64,000 bases of DNA from contig CAYUXT010000004.1 in NCBI GenBank assembly GCA_964448955.1, forward strand, positions 36,346 through 100,345. Direction: 5' to 3'. This stretch comes from an uncultured Taibaiella sp. (GTDB lineage Bacteria > Bacteroidota > Bacteroidia > Chitinophagales > Chitinophagaceae). Of this stretch, positions 26,054 through 36,820 are shown piece by piece. A program made the translations under genes and the position numbers. The notes under the pieces are model-generated. The model was not told where the DNA came from, searched no databases, and saw only the letters and a program-made list of their open reading frames with translations. Every line of letters starts with the position of its first letter. The first letter of the stretch is position 1.

Positions 26054-29000
26054 TTAAATTGCTTTACTAATTCCTACAACCCACCTTGCACCCCAATACT
26101 GTGGTTCTGTATATGTAGGACGATTTATAAATAATGGCAAATCTAATCTTATGGTCAATGGATTTGCTTTTTCAAAAGCACCCCATTTTTTAATCGTAAA
26201 TGCAAAACCCAATCCTGCGTCCATTCTAAAATCTGAAACGAATTTAGTATGACTTACAAAATTAAATCCTCCGGAAGTAAATTCAGACAACTCTACAATG
26301 CCGGCATCTGCAAATAAATATACATTGGCTTTTAACCAATTGCGTGTAAAAGATGGTCTAATGTTTATATAATTTGTAAAATCCAATTCTGTATTCAATG
26401 CGGCACCACTTCTGCTTTTATAGGATAAAAACTGTATTCCATTGCGTGTATCATAAGCATAATAACCGGCATAGCCTCGAAGATTTAATCCGCCACCATA
26501 ATGAAAATGATTGGTAGTATTAGGTGAATATCCTAACCAAGATTGCGGAACAAAAGCCATACTGCGTACATATTTATTCTCCATCATTTCTTCAGGATTA
26601 GCGCCTGCTAAATACAAAGCACTTTCGTAAGGTATATTATTACCCATTCCTATTCTGCCAAATAATCGTGTGTGTAATACCATTTTGTGTAGTACCTGTA
26701 TGTGCTTTAACTCCCCCTGAAGATAACTGTAATCGAAATTTCGGGTAAGCAATGGTGTTCTTAATCCAATAGTATAATACCCTGCACCCTTAAATGTGTT
26801 GTAGTTTTTAGTATAATTTAAATTGAAAGAAGTATTCTTATTTTGCTGCGTACTGCTCCATTCTTGAGGGTATAAAAGGTAATCTCTATTGCTACCGGAA
26901 CGATGCATAGATTTAACATAAGCGGTAACTTTATTTTTATCGTTAATAGCCCAATTAAAACCTAATTGATGACTCCATAGACCATCTAAAAATCTGCTGT
27001 TACCATTTAGTGTAAGGTTAGGAATATTTAATGTAAGTGGTGTGGTTACATTTATCCGATAATTTACTGGTGCATAATGTTGGTAAATACCTTCGTTGTA
27101 TTCGGGATAATACTGAAACCACCTGCCAATGGTGGTATTATACCATACATTGCCATTAATATTGAGTATTCTGTTAAGGTAATTTCCTTCAAAATGAGCG
27201 CCCAATTTTATTCCATCAATAGCGTTGTACCATATATCTGGACGAAAGTATAATTTATACTTTTTCCATTCCTGCGCGCCGTAAATTCCACCATCTAATT
27301 TGGTTAGTATTTTGTTTTTATTCCAAAGGCTACCAACAGTTTTGGTATTATTAAGCATAAATCTGTCGGCTAATCGGAGCGATGTATCTATGGTTACAGA
27401 TTTAATGCCATCGGGTATGTTAACATAAGCAGTATATTTTTGATTGAGTTTTCCCCATCCTGTCCAGCGTGGTAAAATTTGAGCATCTGTTTTTTTCTCG
27501 TACCAAGTATTAGGAATATGATAGTTGTGCTGTACCCCTTTTTTATCGATTATAGATAAGTCTATCGGCATTTGCATACTTGTTTTTCTTCTTTTTAAAA
27601 CAATGGCATAAGTATTTTGTTCTTTCGCTTTTTTGACATTTCCTATGGCATAATCAATAGGTTTTGTAGTTTCTAACCATTGGTCGAAAAACCAGTTTAA
27701 ATCAACCTTGGTATATTGGATTATAGAGTTTCTAAAATCTTCGAAATAAGGGTGTGCAAATTTCCATTGATTAAAATAATGCAGCATAGCATTTGCAAAC
27801 AATTCGTCGCCTAAAACATACTGTAGATTATAAAGCATTGTTGCTGCTTTATAATACACATTACCATAACCACCTCCATGCCCTAATGCGCTGCCAAAAT
27901 CATCGGAATGAGTATTGAGCTGATGGTCGCCACCACTACCCGCATAGTAAATATAAGAATAATAAACTCTTGCATCTATGGCAAGTCTTGGTTCTGCAAA
28001 TTTGGCTCTCCAGCCTTTAGATTTGGCTTGTAGCAATGTATCGCCATCTATCATTCGTAAACCCTCTGCGGTAAGAAATTGCGTAAAGCCTTCATCTAAA
28101 GCAGCACGATAAGTTTCGTTACTGCCTACCATACCATAAAACCAATTGTGCCCGATTTCGTGAACTAATAAGCCTCGATAACCCGGGTCTGCACCACCAT
28201 CTAAAGTTAGCATTGGATATTCCATACCATCGGCAGCATCGGCAGCTACCATTTTAGGATAATGGTACATTCCATAATTTTCGGAAAATGTCTGTATTAT
28301 TTGTGCAACTAATTTAGCAGAATTTTGCCAACCGGAAGCGTGTGGTTCTTGAGCAATACCAACACATTCTATGCCATTCCAATATTCGGTAGCAATACGA
28401 TATGATGGGTCTGCGGTAAATGCAAAATCGTGTACGTGATGCGCTACAAAATGCCATTTCTTTCTTTCTCCAAACTTGTATGGGATTATCTCCGAAGGGG
28501 CTTCGTTCCAAGGCTTTTTCTCGAAATTTTTAAGGTCTAATTTTTCTCTTAAATCTTTTGGTAATACTTCTTCTCTGTTTTGTAATGCGCCTGTAGCTTC
28601 TACTATATAATTAGAGGCGAAATCTAAAGTAACATCGTAAATGCCAAAATCTCCATAAAATTCTTTGCCTAAATGCTGATAGGTATCCCAACCAAATTTG
28701 GCATCATACACACATATTTTAGGAAACCACTGACAGCCATTGTAGTGCATAAATCCCCAAGCAGGGTACATTTTCATTCTCCTGCGCGTGCTACCCATAT
28801 CGAAATAGGAAACAAAATCCATACTAATGGTAATATTATTTCCGGGTAAGAGTGGTTGTGGCAAAAATATTTTGAGGATAGTAAAATCTAATTCCGTTTT
28901 AACAGGAGCGACCCCATTTATTTTAATGTTATCCACTGTTGTTCCCAAACCGTTTTCTTCGTATCTGCCAAAGATTGGTTTTACTTTATTAGCTTCTTGT

Positions 29001-29296
29001 AAAGAGTGTGTGTAGCCCCCTTTAATAAATGCATTTTGGTGTAAATGAAAATATACAAAATGTAATGTATCGGGCGAGTTGTTCCAATACTCCAAATCTT
29101 GATGTGCTGTAATGGTATGGTTGGTTTCATCTACAACCGCATCTATTTTATATTGTACATCTTGCTGCCAATAATTATTATGCGGTTTTCTGTTCTGCCA
29201 ATATAAGCCATCATCACTCAAGGGAAACTTATTCTGTGCAAAATGCGTTAAGTGCATTGCAAGTATTAGTGTAACGAAAAGTATTTTTTTTATCAT
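26054..29296 (-). CDS. M1-family zinc metallopeptidase with a long C-terminal beta-rich extension
   Basis: 1080 aa with a signal peptide. HEIGHNWFYG...(18 aa)...E gluzincin motif; HEIGH is encoded at 28148-28162. The last ~400 aa are rich in alternating aromatic/polar strands (YLFADAGIVEL, DAGLGFAFTI). Confidence 0.75.
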   Translation of the reverse strand: MIKKILFVTLILAMHLTHFAQNKFPLSDDGLYWQNRKPHNNYWQQDVQYKIDAVVDETNHTITAHQDLEYWNNSPDTLHFVYFHLHQNAFIKGGYTHSLQEANKVKPIFGRYEENGLGTTVDNIKINGVAPVKTELDFTILKIFLPQPLLPGNNITISMDFVSYFDMGSTRRRMKMYPAWGFMHYNGCQWFPKICVYDAKFGWDTYQHLGKEFYGDFGIYDVTLDFASNYIVEATGALQNREEVLPKDLREKLDLKNFEKKPWNEAPSEIIPYKFGERKKWHFVAHHVHDFAFTADPSYRIATEYWNGIECVGIAQEPHASGWQNSAKLVAQIIQTFSENYGMYHYPKMVAADAADGMEYPMLTLDGGADPGYRGLLVHEIGHNWFYGMVGSNETYRAALDEGFTQFLTAEGLRMIDGDTLLQAKSKGWRAKFAEPRLAIDARVYYSYIYYAGSGGDHQLNTHSDDFGSALGHGGGYGNVYYKAATMLYNLQYVLGDELFANAMLHYFNQWKFAHPYFEDFRNSIIQYTKVDLNWFFDQWLETTKPIDYAIGNVKKAKEQNTYAIVLKRRKTSMQMPIDLSIIDKKGVQHNYHIPNTWYEKKTDAQILPRWTGWGKLNQKYTAYVNIPDGIKSVTIDTSLRLADRFMLNNTKTVGSLWNKNKILTKLDGGIYGAQEWKKYKLYFRPDIWYNAIDGIKLGAHFEGNYLNRILNINGNVWYNTTIGRWFQYYPEYNEGIYQHYAPVNYRINVTTPLTLNIPNLTLNGNSRFLDGLWSHQLGFNWAINDKNKVTAYVKSMHRSGSNRDYLLYPQEWSSTQQNKNTSFNLNYTKNYNTFKGAGYYTIGLRTPLLTRNFDYSYLQGELKHIQVLHKMVLHTRLFGRIGMGNNIPYESALYLAGANPEEMMENKYVRSMAFVPQSWLGYSPNTTNHFHYGGGLNLRGYAGYYAYDTRNGIQFLSYKSRSGAALNTELDFTNYINIRPSFTRNWLKANVYLFADAGIVELSEFTSGGFNFVSHTKFVSDFRMDAGLGFAFTIKKWGAFEKANPLTIRLDLPLFINRPTYTEPQYWGARWVVGISKAI

Positions 29297-29388
29297 TTAT
29301 CAACCTAAACATTTGAAACGCAAATATAATAAAGGTAAATTATGCTTTTATGAATTATACTACAATAATAATAAAAAACATCTTGGAC

Positions 29389-30537
29389 TTACCTTCTCAG
29401 AATTATTCTAAATGTAGTGCCCTTCCCTATTTCAGATTTTTTCACATACAAGCTACCGTTATGAAAATCATTAATAATGCGCTTTGCAAGCGATAAACCT
29501 AAGCCCCACCCTCTCGTTTTGGTAGAGTATCCGGGTGTAAATACTTTTTTAAAATTCTTTTTAGGAATACCTTTTCCTGTATCGGAAATGTCGATGGTTA
29601 CTTCGCGAGGAGTATTACATAATTCAATATGAATATTTCCTTGACCTTCCATTGCATCTAAAGCATTGCGTATAAGATTTTCTAATACCCAATCGAATAG
29701 CGGTGCGCTTAGGTTGGCAAAAACATTCGGAACTTTTTCGGTATCTATACTAATATTTACTTTTACAGGAGCGCGCTTTTGCATATACGCTACCATATTG
29801 TGTAAGCGTTGGGTTACATTTTCTTCGTATAGTTGTGGTACGCTACCTATTTTAGAAAAACGGTCGGCGATGAGTTGAAGTCGTTCTATATCTTTTTCCA
29901 TTTCATCTACCCACTCTCTGTTGGCTTCGTTTTCCCGTAATAACTCCATCCAAGCAACAATAGAAGTAAGCGGCGTACCCAACTGATGTGCCGTTTCTTT
30001 AGACATTCCCACCCAAAGCTGATTTTGAATGCTTTTTTGTGAATTAGTTACAATAGCAATTAAAACTATTACCAGAAAAGCAAGTACACCGATTAAAATA
30101 AAAGGATAATATCGTAATCTATTGAGCAAATGAGAATCGCCATAATATATATGATTGATTACACCATAATTTTGGATAAATATGGGTTGGTGCTGTTTTT
30201 TAAATTCTTCTAACTTTTTTTCTAAATATTGTGGATTGGTAGCTACTCGTAGGGAGTCTAAATTTCTATAATCTACTATTTGACCATTATCTCCAATAAT
30301 AATTAAAGGTATGCTCGTATTGCTCGAAACAACTTTAGCCGCATAAGTAATATCTGAAGTGCCATTGTTAATTTCGACATTATTAATGGTTTGAATACCT
30401 TCTACCAAAAGCTCCATACGTTTGGATTCTTCTGCTTCTATCTCTTCTACTAAATTACTAAAATAGTATAGGGCAATGCCCGCAATTACAAATGCGACAA
30501 AGAGCACAAAAGTTTTCCAGGTAAGATAATACCGCAT
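29389..30537 (-). CDS. sensor histidine kinase (no adjacent response regulator)
   Basis: Track ORF to 30573 (TTG); the ATG at 30537 gives MRYYLTWKTFVLFV. H-box SKETAHQLGTPLTS, N-box LIRNALDA, G-boxes DTGKGI and GWGLGLS. Confidence 0.75.
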   Translation of the reverse strand: MRYYLTWKTFVLFVAFVIAGIALYYFSNLVEEIEAEESKRMELLVEGIQTINNVEINNGTSDITYAAKVVSSNTSIPLIIIGDNGQIVDYRNLDSLRVATNPQYLEKKLEEFKKQHQPIFIQNYGVINHIYYGDSHLLNRLRYYPFILIGVLAFLVIVLIAIVTNSQKSIQNQLWVGMSKETAHQLGTPLTSIVAWMELLRENEANREWVDEMEKDIERLQLIADRFSKIGSVPQLYEENVTQRLHNMVAYMQKRAPVKVNISIDTEKVPNVFANLSAPLFDWVLENLIRNALDAMEGQGNIHIELCNTPREVTIDISDTGKGIPKKNFKKVFTPGYSTKTRGWGLGLSLAKRIINDFHNGSLYVKKSEIGKGTTFRIILRR

Positions 30538-30681
30538 ACGGTTCAAAAGTAAGCTATTGGCTTGTAATCCCAAAAAATAAGAGAAATAATACTAATTTTG
30601 CAAATACATCATTTATTGTTTGTTAAAATTTGTTTGGTATGATATTAATTGTGTTATCACTATCGACAAACTCAAGTAAAA

Positions 30682-31140
30682 ATGAAAAAAATCGTATGTA
30701 AACTAAAATTCAAGATAACTTCCAAAAGCAAAATTGGAATTAGTATTATTATTGCTTTATTATTGTTAAATATATTTTCAGAACAGGTTGTTGCTAATCA
30801 AAAAGATTCAGTATTTGTAACTTTTAAAAAGAATTCCAAATCACTTACTTCCAAATCCAAAAAAACAATCAAGGAGTTTATAGAACTTAAAATAGCCGAC
30901 TCCAATTACATTGTTTCTATTTCATATTCTCAACCTTTGAGTTGCGTTAAAAGTTTCAAAGCTTTCGATAAACTTCAATCTATTTCCAAAATATTAGTCA
31001 ATCAAGGAATTAATAAGGATAATATTGAATTTCAATATTATAATCAAGCACCACAATTAATTATAATTCTTATTTGGAAAGAAAAAGAAGTAAAAGACAC
31101 ATCAATAATACCGCCACCCCCTTTTTATCATAAAGAATAA
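30682..31140 (+). CDS. hypothetical membrane-anchored protein
   Basis: Track ORF from a TTG at 30649; the first ATG is at 30682 (MKKIVCKLKF...). One hydrophobic segment. No motif recognised. Confidence 0.35.
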   Translation: MKKIVCKLKFKITSKSKIGISIIIALLLLNIFSEQVVANQKDSVFVTFKKNSKSLTSKSKKTIKEFIELKIADSNYIVSISYSQPLSCVKSFKAFDKLQSISKILVNQGINKDNIEFQYYNQAPQLIIILIWKEKEVKDTSIIPPPPFYHKE

Positions 31141-31171
31141 TTACAAAATAGCACAACACAATACAAACAAT

Positions 31172-32311
31172 ATGAGTAACCCTAAACGCCTTAAAATTGG
31201 AGATGGAATTATTAGTGGATATGTATCTATATTCCTTGCTATACTTGCATTAGTAGGTATGTTATGTTTTCGATTTCCAGAAAGATTAACAACGCCGGAG
31301 TTTAGAGAAGTATATACCGGAGAAAGTATGTCGATACTTATGTTTGGTGTTATTATAGGTTCATTTTTCTTCTCTTTATTAAGTTTGATTTTAAGCAAGC
31401 GTTATCGGCTGGCACTTATTGGCAGTGCCATTGCGGGCATTGCTGTATTATTAGGAGCATTTAGCGTAGAGGGGCGTTCGGTAGAAAAAGTAAGTTGGCA
31501 TATTGGCTTAGATTGGTTATTACTCGACTTATTGTTGATGGTAGCCATATTTGTTCCCTTAGAATTATTTTATCCGAAACGAAATAACCAAACAAAATTT
31601 CACGCAGAATGGCGTACCGATTTAATCTATTTTGCAATGAGCCACTTATTTATACAATTTTTTGGAGTTGTTACGCAAAAGCCTGCTATGTTATTTTTTG
31701 GTTGGATAGGATTAGATGCAGTACATAAATGGGTAGGAAATCTACCATTTATCGCAGGGTTGTTTTTAGCATTTTTTACTACAGATTTATTTCAATATTG
31801 GGCGCATCGTATCTTCCACAATCATGTGTATTTATGGCGTTTTCATTCGGTGCATCATTCTACCAAAAATATGGATTGGCTTGCCGGAAGTCGTACACAT
31901 TTTATGGATATATTTTTTACAAGAGCAATGACTTTTATACCCTTATACATTTTAGGATTTTCCCCGTCAGTTTTTAGCGCATACATCATATTTATAGCTA
32001 TCCACGCTGTTTTAATACATTCTAATACTCGAATAAATTTTGGATTTATAAAATACATCTTCACTACGCCACAATATCATCATTGGCATCATTGCGATGA
32101 CCCACGATATTATGGTAAAAATTTTGCCGCTATTTTTCCTTTTATCGACCGGATTTTTGGCACCTACTATTTACCCGGTAAGGAGTGGCCCAATGGTACA
32201 GGATTATTAGAAGCCGAATACCCAAAAGGGTTTATAAAGCAAAGCGTATATCCATTTACTAAAAGTCCTTTTGATAAAGACTTGAATATGGACGAAAAAA
32301 GCGAACGATAA
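31172..32311 (+). CDS. fatty acid hydroxylase / sterol desaturase superfamily membrane protein
   Basis: 379 aa, multi-TM. Histidine boxes HRIFHNH, HSVHH and HHWHH. Confidence 0.7.
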   Translation: MSNPKRLKIGDGIISGYVSIFLAILALVGMLCFRFPERLTTPEFREVYTGESMSILMFGVIIGSFFFSLLSLILSKRYRLALIGSAIAGIAVLLGAFSVEGRSVEKVSWHIGLDWLLLDLLLMVAIFVPLELFYPKRNNQTKFHAEWRTDLIYFAMSHLFIQFFGVVTQKPAMLFFGWIGLDAVHKWVGNLPFIAGLFLAFFTTDLFQYWAHRIFHNHVYLWRFHSVHHSTKNMDWLAGSRTHFMDIFFTRAMTFIPLYILGFSPSVFSAYIIFIAIHAVLIHSNTRINFGFIKYIFTTPQYHHWHHCDDPRYYGKNFAAIFPFIDRIFGTYYLPGKEWPNGTGLLEAEYPKGFIKQSVYPFTKSPFDKDLNMDEKSER

Positions 32312-32315
32312 TTTA

Positions 32316-32323
32316 TACCTTTG
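32316..32323 (+). promoter_or_regulatory. candidate -7 box (TACCTTTG) opening the icmF upstream region
   Basis: Matches TAnnTTTG. The extended context TACCTTTGCCcTCCG resembles the rpsF promoter context TACCTTTGCCgTCCG at 63195. Confidence 0.3.
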
Positions 32324-32571
32324 CCCTCCGTTAAAACCATTACAGAAAAATTTGCATATTTAAAATAGCTTTTGCTAATGTGAATTACAAATTAGACTAA
32401 AGTAGTGCATTACTTTTTGATTTTGCAATGATAAAAATATTTGCATAGTCCATACTACGGAAATATCTTTTGAAGAAGAAAAATCGAAAAAGAACAAGCA
32501 TATTGGGCTAATTTATTTTTCATATTGGTATTATGTGCTGTTTGGGCTAAATATTTTGTATGTTTGTAGAG

Positions 32572-32604
32572 AAAAATCTTCGGCAATAAAACGAAGATTT
32601 TTTT
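32572..32604 (+). terminator. intrinsic terminator 35 nt upstream of the icmF start
   Basis: AAAAATCTTCG-GCAATAAAA-CGAAGATTTTTTT: an 11-bp stem plus a T-run. Confidence 0.6.
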
Positions 32605-32638
32605 AAAGTTTATCAATAATTTAATCATAAAGAAATAT

Positions 32639-35600
32639 ATGTCATTCCAACCCCAACACAAAATCAGAATCGTTACAGCCGCTTCCCTATTTGATGGTCA
32701 TGATGCCGCTATTAATATTATGCGTCGTGTGATGCAGTCCAATGGTACGGAAGTGATTCACTTAGGTCACGACCGCTCGGTGCAAGATGTCGTGGACTGT
32801 GCCATTCAAGAAGATGCCAATGCGATTGCGATGACTTCCTACCAAGGTGGTCATGTGGAGTATCTAAAATACATGTACGACTTGCTTCGTGAAAAAGGTG
32901 CGGGACATATCAAAATATTTGCTGGCGGCGGTGGCGTAATCCTACCAGAAGAAATCAAAGAATTGGAAGATTATGGTATCGATAAAATCTACTCTCCGGA
33001 TGATGGTCGTGCGATGGGTTTAGAGGGAATGATTATCGATTTGATGACAAAATCTGACTTCGCTACAGGCAATCAATTGAATGGCGAAGTGGGTCATATC
33101 ACCGACAGAAATCCTAAAGATATTGGTCGCTTAATCTCTGCTGCTGAAAACTATGGCGAATTACCTGAAACACAAGCTATGCTCAAGAAAGTAGCCGAAT
33201 TAGCCAAAGAAAGTAAAACCCCAGTTTTGGGTATAACGGGTACAGGTGGTTCTGGCAAATCTTCTTCTGTAGACGAAATAGTAAGAAGATATTTATTGGA
33301 TTTTCCAGAAAAAACAATCGGTATTATTTCTGTAGATCCGTCTAAACGTAAAACAGGCGGCGCTTTGTTGGGCGATAGAATTCGTATGAATGCCATCCGC
33401 AGCGAAAGAGTGTATATGCGCTCTATGGCTACCCGTCAGAGCAATTTGGCAGTGTCTAAATATATCGAAGATGCAGTAAACATCTTGAAAGCGGCGCAAT
33501 ACGATTTAGTGGTTTTAGAAACTTCAGGTATTGGTCAGAGCGATACGCAAATAACAGATTATTGTGATGTGAGTATGTACATCATGACGCCTGAATACGG
33601 TGCTGCTACACAACTTGAGAAGATTGACATGTTGGATTTTGCGGATATTGTAGTGGTTAATAAGTTTGACAAACGAGGCGCTGCTGATGCTTTGCGTGAT
33701 GTAAAAAAACAATACCAACGCAACCATAAATTATGGGATGTTGATACAGAGCTCATGCCAATTTTTGGAACAATCGCATCGCAATTTAACGATCCAGGAA
33801 CGAACACGATGTATCGTGCATTGATGGATAAAATCGTTGAAAAAACAGGCGCGAATTTGAAATCTGATTTCAAAGCTACAGATGAATTGAGTGAAAAAAT
33901 CTTCATCATTCCACCGTCTCGCACACGTTATCTTTCTGAAATTTCGGAGAACAATCGAGGCTACGACAAACGTTCAAAAGAGCAAGCTGATGTGGCGCAA
34001 AGATTGTTTGGTATTCATAAAACGATTGATACTTTACAAAACTCTAACATTGAAGATAAAGACCGCTTGATTAAGGAATTGCAAGAGGTGTATCATAAAG
34101 TGAGCTTAGATTTAGATCCTAAAAATTTAGAAACACTCAAAAATTGGGAAGCTAAAAAAGCGAATTATCAAAACGAATATTACGAATTTAAAGTGCGTGA
34201 TAAAGTTTTAAAAATTAAAACACATTCCGAATCTTTATCGCATTCTCAAATTGCAAAAGTGGCGGTGCCTAAATTTGAAGCTTGGGGCGAAATTTTGAAA
34301 TGGACTTTATTGGAAAATTTCCCAGGCGAGTTTCCGTATGCTGCAGGTATCTATCCTTTCAAACGTGAAGGAGAAGATCCAACGCGTATGTTTGCCGGAG
34401 AAGGTGGTCCAGAAAGAACCAACAAGCGTTTTCACTATGTATCCAAAGGCTTGCCAGCAGCGCGTTTGAGTACCGCTTTTGACTCTGTAACTTTATACGG
34501 ACAGGATCCAGATCATCGTCCAGATATCTATGGTAAAATTGGTAACTCGGGAGTATCTGTTCCGACTTTGGATGATGCCAAAAAATTATATTCTGGTTTC
34601 AACTTAGCCGATCCTACGACTTCCGTTTCTATGACGATCAATGGTCCAGCGCCTACGATTACTGCTTTCTTTATGAATGCTGCAATCGATCAGCAATGTG
34701 AATTGTACATCAAAGAAAATGGTTTGGAAGATGAAGTGAATGCTAAGATTGATGCTATTTATAAAGACAAAGGCGTAACGCGTCCTTATTATTCTGCAAA
34801 TGTAGGTTCTGGCAAAGAAGCCGAAGGACAACAAGGCACTTTACCAGAAGGTAACAATGGTTTAGGTTTGATGCTTTTGGGTGTTACCGGCGATCAAGTT
34901 TTACCAGCTGATGTGTATGCAGCAATCAAAGAAAAAACCTTGAAATCTGTTCGTGGTACGGTTCAAGCAGATATTTTGAAAGAAGATCAAGCGCAAAATA
35001 CTTGTATTTTCTCTACAGAATTTTCTTTGCGTGTAATGGGCGATGTGCAGCAATATTTTATTGACAAAGGTGTTCGTAATTTTTATTCTGTATCTATTTC
35101 TGGTTATCATATTGCAGAAGCGGGCGCCAATCCAATTTCGCAATTGGCATTCACGATTTCTAATGGTTTCACTTTTGTAGAATACTATTTGAGTCGTGGT
35201 ATGCATATTGATGAATTCGCACCAAACTTATCATTCTTCTTCTCTAATGGTATCGATCCAGAATATTCTGTAATCGGTCGTGTGGCGCGTAGAATTTGGT
35301 CTAAAGCCATGAAGTTGAAATATGGTGGTAACGAGCGTTCGCAAATGTTGAAATATCATATTCAAACATCGGGTCGTTCTTTGCATGCGCAAGAAATCGA
35401 CTTCAATGATATTCGTACGACGCTTCAAGCCTTGTATGCGATTTATGACAACTGTAATTCATTACATACAAACGCTTATGACGAAGCGATTACAACGCCA
35501 ACAGAAGAATCTGTGCGTCGTGCCATGGCCATTCAATTGATCATCAACCGTGAATTAGGTTTGGCGAAAAACGAAAATCCATTACAAGGTTCTTTCATCA

Positions 35601-36052
35601 TCGAAGAATTGACTGATTTGGTGGAAGAAGCGGTGTATGCTGAGTTTGATAAAATCACAGAACGTGGTGGTGTATTGGGTGCGATGGAAACGATGTATCA
35701 ACGTGGCAAAATCCAAGAAGAGTCATTGTATTACGAAACATTGAAACATACGGGCGAATTCCCAATCATTGGTGTAAATACATTCTTGAGTTCTAAAGGT
35801 TCGCCAACGGTGGTGCCTGCAGAGGTTATTCGTTCTACAACAGAAGAGAAAGAATTCCAAATCAAAAACATCAACAATCTTTGGGAACGCAGTGGTGATG
35901 CTGGTCAACAAGCTTTGAAAAGATTACAAGAAGTAGCTATTCGCAATGGCAACATTTTTGAAGAATTGATGACCACGGTTAAATATTGTTCTTTGGGTCA
36001 GATCACCAAAGCCTTGTTTGAAGTGGGCGGGCAATATAGAAGGAATATGTAA
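32639..36052 (+). CDS. icmF: fused isobutyryl-CoA mutase (B12-binding domain + MeaB-like G-protein + mutase substrate domain)
   Basis: 1137 aa. N-terminus [21 protein letters not shown] (B12-binding). [13 protein letters not shown]-loop with VVNKFD (NKxD). The C-terminal ~550 aa are a methylmalonyl-CoA-mutase-type TIM barrel. This domain order is diagnostic of IcmF. Confidence 0.85.
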   Translation: MSFQPQHKIRIVTAASLFDGHDAAINIMRRVMQSNGTEVIHLGHDRSVQDVVDCAIQEDANAIAMTSYQGGHVEYLKYMYDLLREKGAGHIKIFAGGGGVILPEEIKELEDYGIDKIYSPDDGRAMGLEGMIIDLMTKSDFATGNQLNGEVGHITDRNPKDIGRLISAAENYGELPETQAMLKKVAELAKESKTPVLGITGTGGSGKSSSVDEIVRRYLLDFPEKTIGIISVDPSKRKTGGALLGDRIRMNAIRSERVYMRSMATRQSNLAVSKYIEDAVNILKAAQYDLVVLETSGIGQSDTQITDYCDVSMYIMTPEYGAATQLEKIDMLDFADIVVVNKFDKRGAADALRDVKKQYQRNHKLWDVDTELMPIFGTIASQFNDPGTNTMYRALMDKIVEKTGANLKSDFKATDELSEKIFIIPPSRTRYLSEISENNRGYDKRSKEQADVAQRLFGIHKTIDTLQNSNIEDKDRLIKELQEVYHKVSLDLDPKNLETLKNWEAKKANYQNEYYEFKVRDKVLKIKTHSESLSHSQIAKVAVPKFEAWGEILKWTLLENFPGEFPYAAGIYPFKREGEDPTRMFAGEGGPERTNKRFHYVSKGLPAARLSTAFDSVTLYGQDPDHRPDIYGKIGNSGVSVPTLDDAKKLYSGFNLADPTTSVSMTINGPAPTITAFFMNAAIDQQCELYIKENGLEDEVNAKIDAIYKDKGVTRPYYSANVGSGKEAEGQQGTLPEGNNGLGLMLLGVTGDQVLPADVYAAIKEKTLKSVRGTVQADILKEDQAQNTCIFSTEFSLRVMGDVQQYFIDKGVRNFYSVSISGYHIAEAGANPISQLAFTISNGFTFVEYYLSRGMHIDEFAPNLSFFFSNGIDPEYSVIGRVARRIWSKAMKLKYGGNERSQMLKYHIQTSGRSLHAQEIDFNDIRTTLQALYAIYDNCNSLHTNAYDEAITTPTEESVRRAMAIQLIINRELGLAKNENPLQGSFIIEELTDLVEEAVYAEFDKITERGGVLGAMETMYQRGKIQEESLYYETLKHTGEFPIIGVNTFLSSKGSPTVVPAEVIRSTTEEKEFQIKNINNLWERSGDAGQQALKRLQEVAIRNGNIFEELMTTVKYCSLGQITKALFEVGGQYRRNM

Positions 36053-36060
36053 TTGTCCAA

Positions 36061-36103
36061 CATCCAACATTGCCAATCTTTAAAAGATTGGCAATGTTGG
36101 ATG
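36061..36103. repeat. perfect 19-bp palindrome (REP-like hairpin) between icmF and the RAYT gene
   Basis: CATCCAACATTGCCAATCT-TTAAA-AGATTGGCAATGTTGGATG. There is no T-run on either side. Confidence 0.65.
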
Positions 36104-36118
36104 TCAAAAAACATCATC

Positions 36119-36742
36119 ATGGCAAAAGAAGAACATTATTTCACCAAATTTGACTATGATTGTTTCTATCATGTGTACAATCGTGCTATTGATTTGAAGC
36201 CCATGTTCAAAAGCCGTGATAATTATTTGTTCTTTTTAAAACGATACAATGATTTCCTATCTGAAGTTGTAGACACTTATGCTTACAACCTGTTAGGGAA
36301 TCATTTTCATTTATGTATAAAAGTCAAATCAAAAAGTGACATTGATTTATTTGTTTCAGAAAATCCAGTTTATAAAGACAAGCCCATTCATTTAATCATA
36401 AGTGCACAATTCAAAAGACTTTTTCAATCTTACACTTTAGCTTTCAATAAACAACATAAACGTGTTGGAAGTTTATTTCAAAAACCTTTCAAAAGAGCAT
36501 TTATTGACAATCAAAAATATCTTCAAAATACCATAACCTATATTCATCAAAATGCACAACACCACAACATGGTGGAGGATTTTCGAGATTGGGAATGGAG
36601 TTCATATAATAGTATAATTTCCGACAAAGAAACCAAATTGAAAAGAGAAGAAACAAATCAATATTTTGGCAACAACAATCAATTTGAAAATTCGCATCGT
36701 AGCGTAGTTCAAGATATTGTATTTGTGGAAATTGAAGAGTAA
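36119..36742 (+). CDS. IS200-like Y1 (HUH) transposase domain protein, REP-associated tyrosine transposase (RAYT) type
   Basis: Track ORF from 36053 reads through the palindrome; the ATG at 36119 gives MAKEEHYF. HUH motif GNHFHLCIKV, catalytic Tyr context TITYIHQNAQHHNMV, then WEWSSY. Confidence 0.75.
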   Translation: MAKEEHYFTKFDYDCFYHVYNRAIDLKPMFKSRDNYLFFLKRYNDFLSEVVDTYAYNLLGNHFHLCIKVKSKSDIDLFVSENPVYKDKPIHLIISAQFKRLFQSYTLAFNKQHKRVGSLFQKPFKRAFIDNQKYLQNTITYIHQNAQHHNMVEDFRDWEWSSYNSIISDKETKLKREETNQYFGNNNQFENSHRSVVQDIVFVEIEE

Positions 36743-36820
36743 AATAATCAATAGTTTTAAAATGATATTTTACTTGCAATATGTTGAATACCTTTATGAT
36801 TTGAATATCAAATAAAAAAA

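Noticed and set aside
32324-32571. Cobalamin riboswitch upstream of the B12-dependent icmF.
   Set aside because: I could not find a B12-box-like core (GCCACTG-type) or the multi-stem GC-rich architecture, and the region is very AT-rich. It is kept only as an unclassified leader in the findings.
33151-35911. Antisense track ORFs inside icmF (33151-33396, 33559-33924, 34901-35206 and others).
   Set aside because: They are nested antisense to a 1137-aa ORF with clear domain motifs, and they show no motif or plausible start context.
36053-36118. The track's upstream extension of the RAYT ORF (MSNIQHCQSLKDWQCWMSKNII).
   Set aside because: It starts at a TTG one base after the icmF stop and is simply the translation of the 19-bp palindrome. 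The ATG at 36119 is the credible start.
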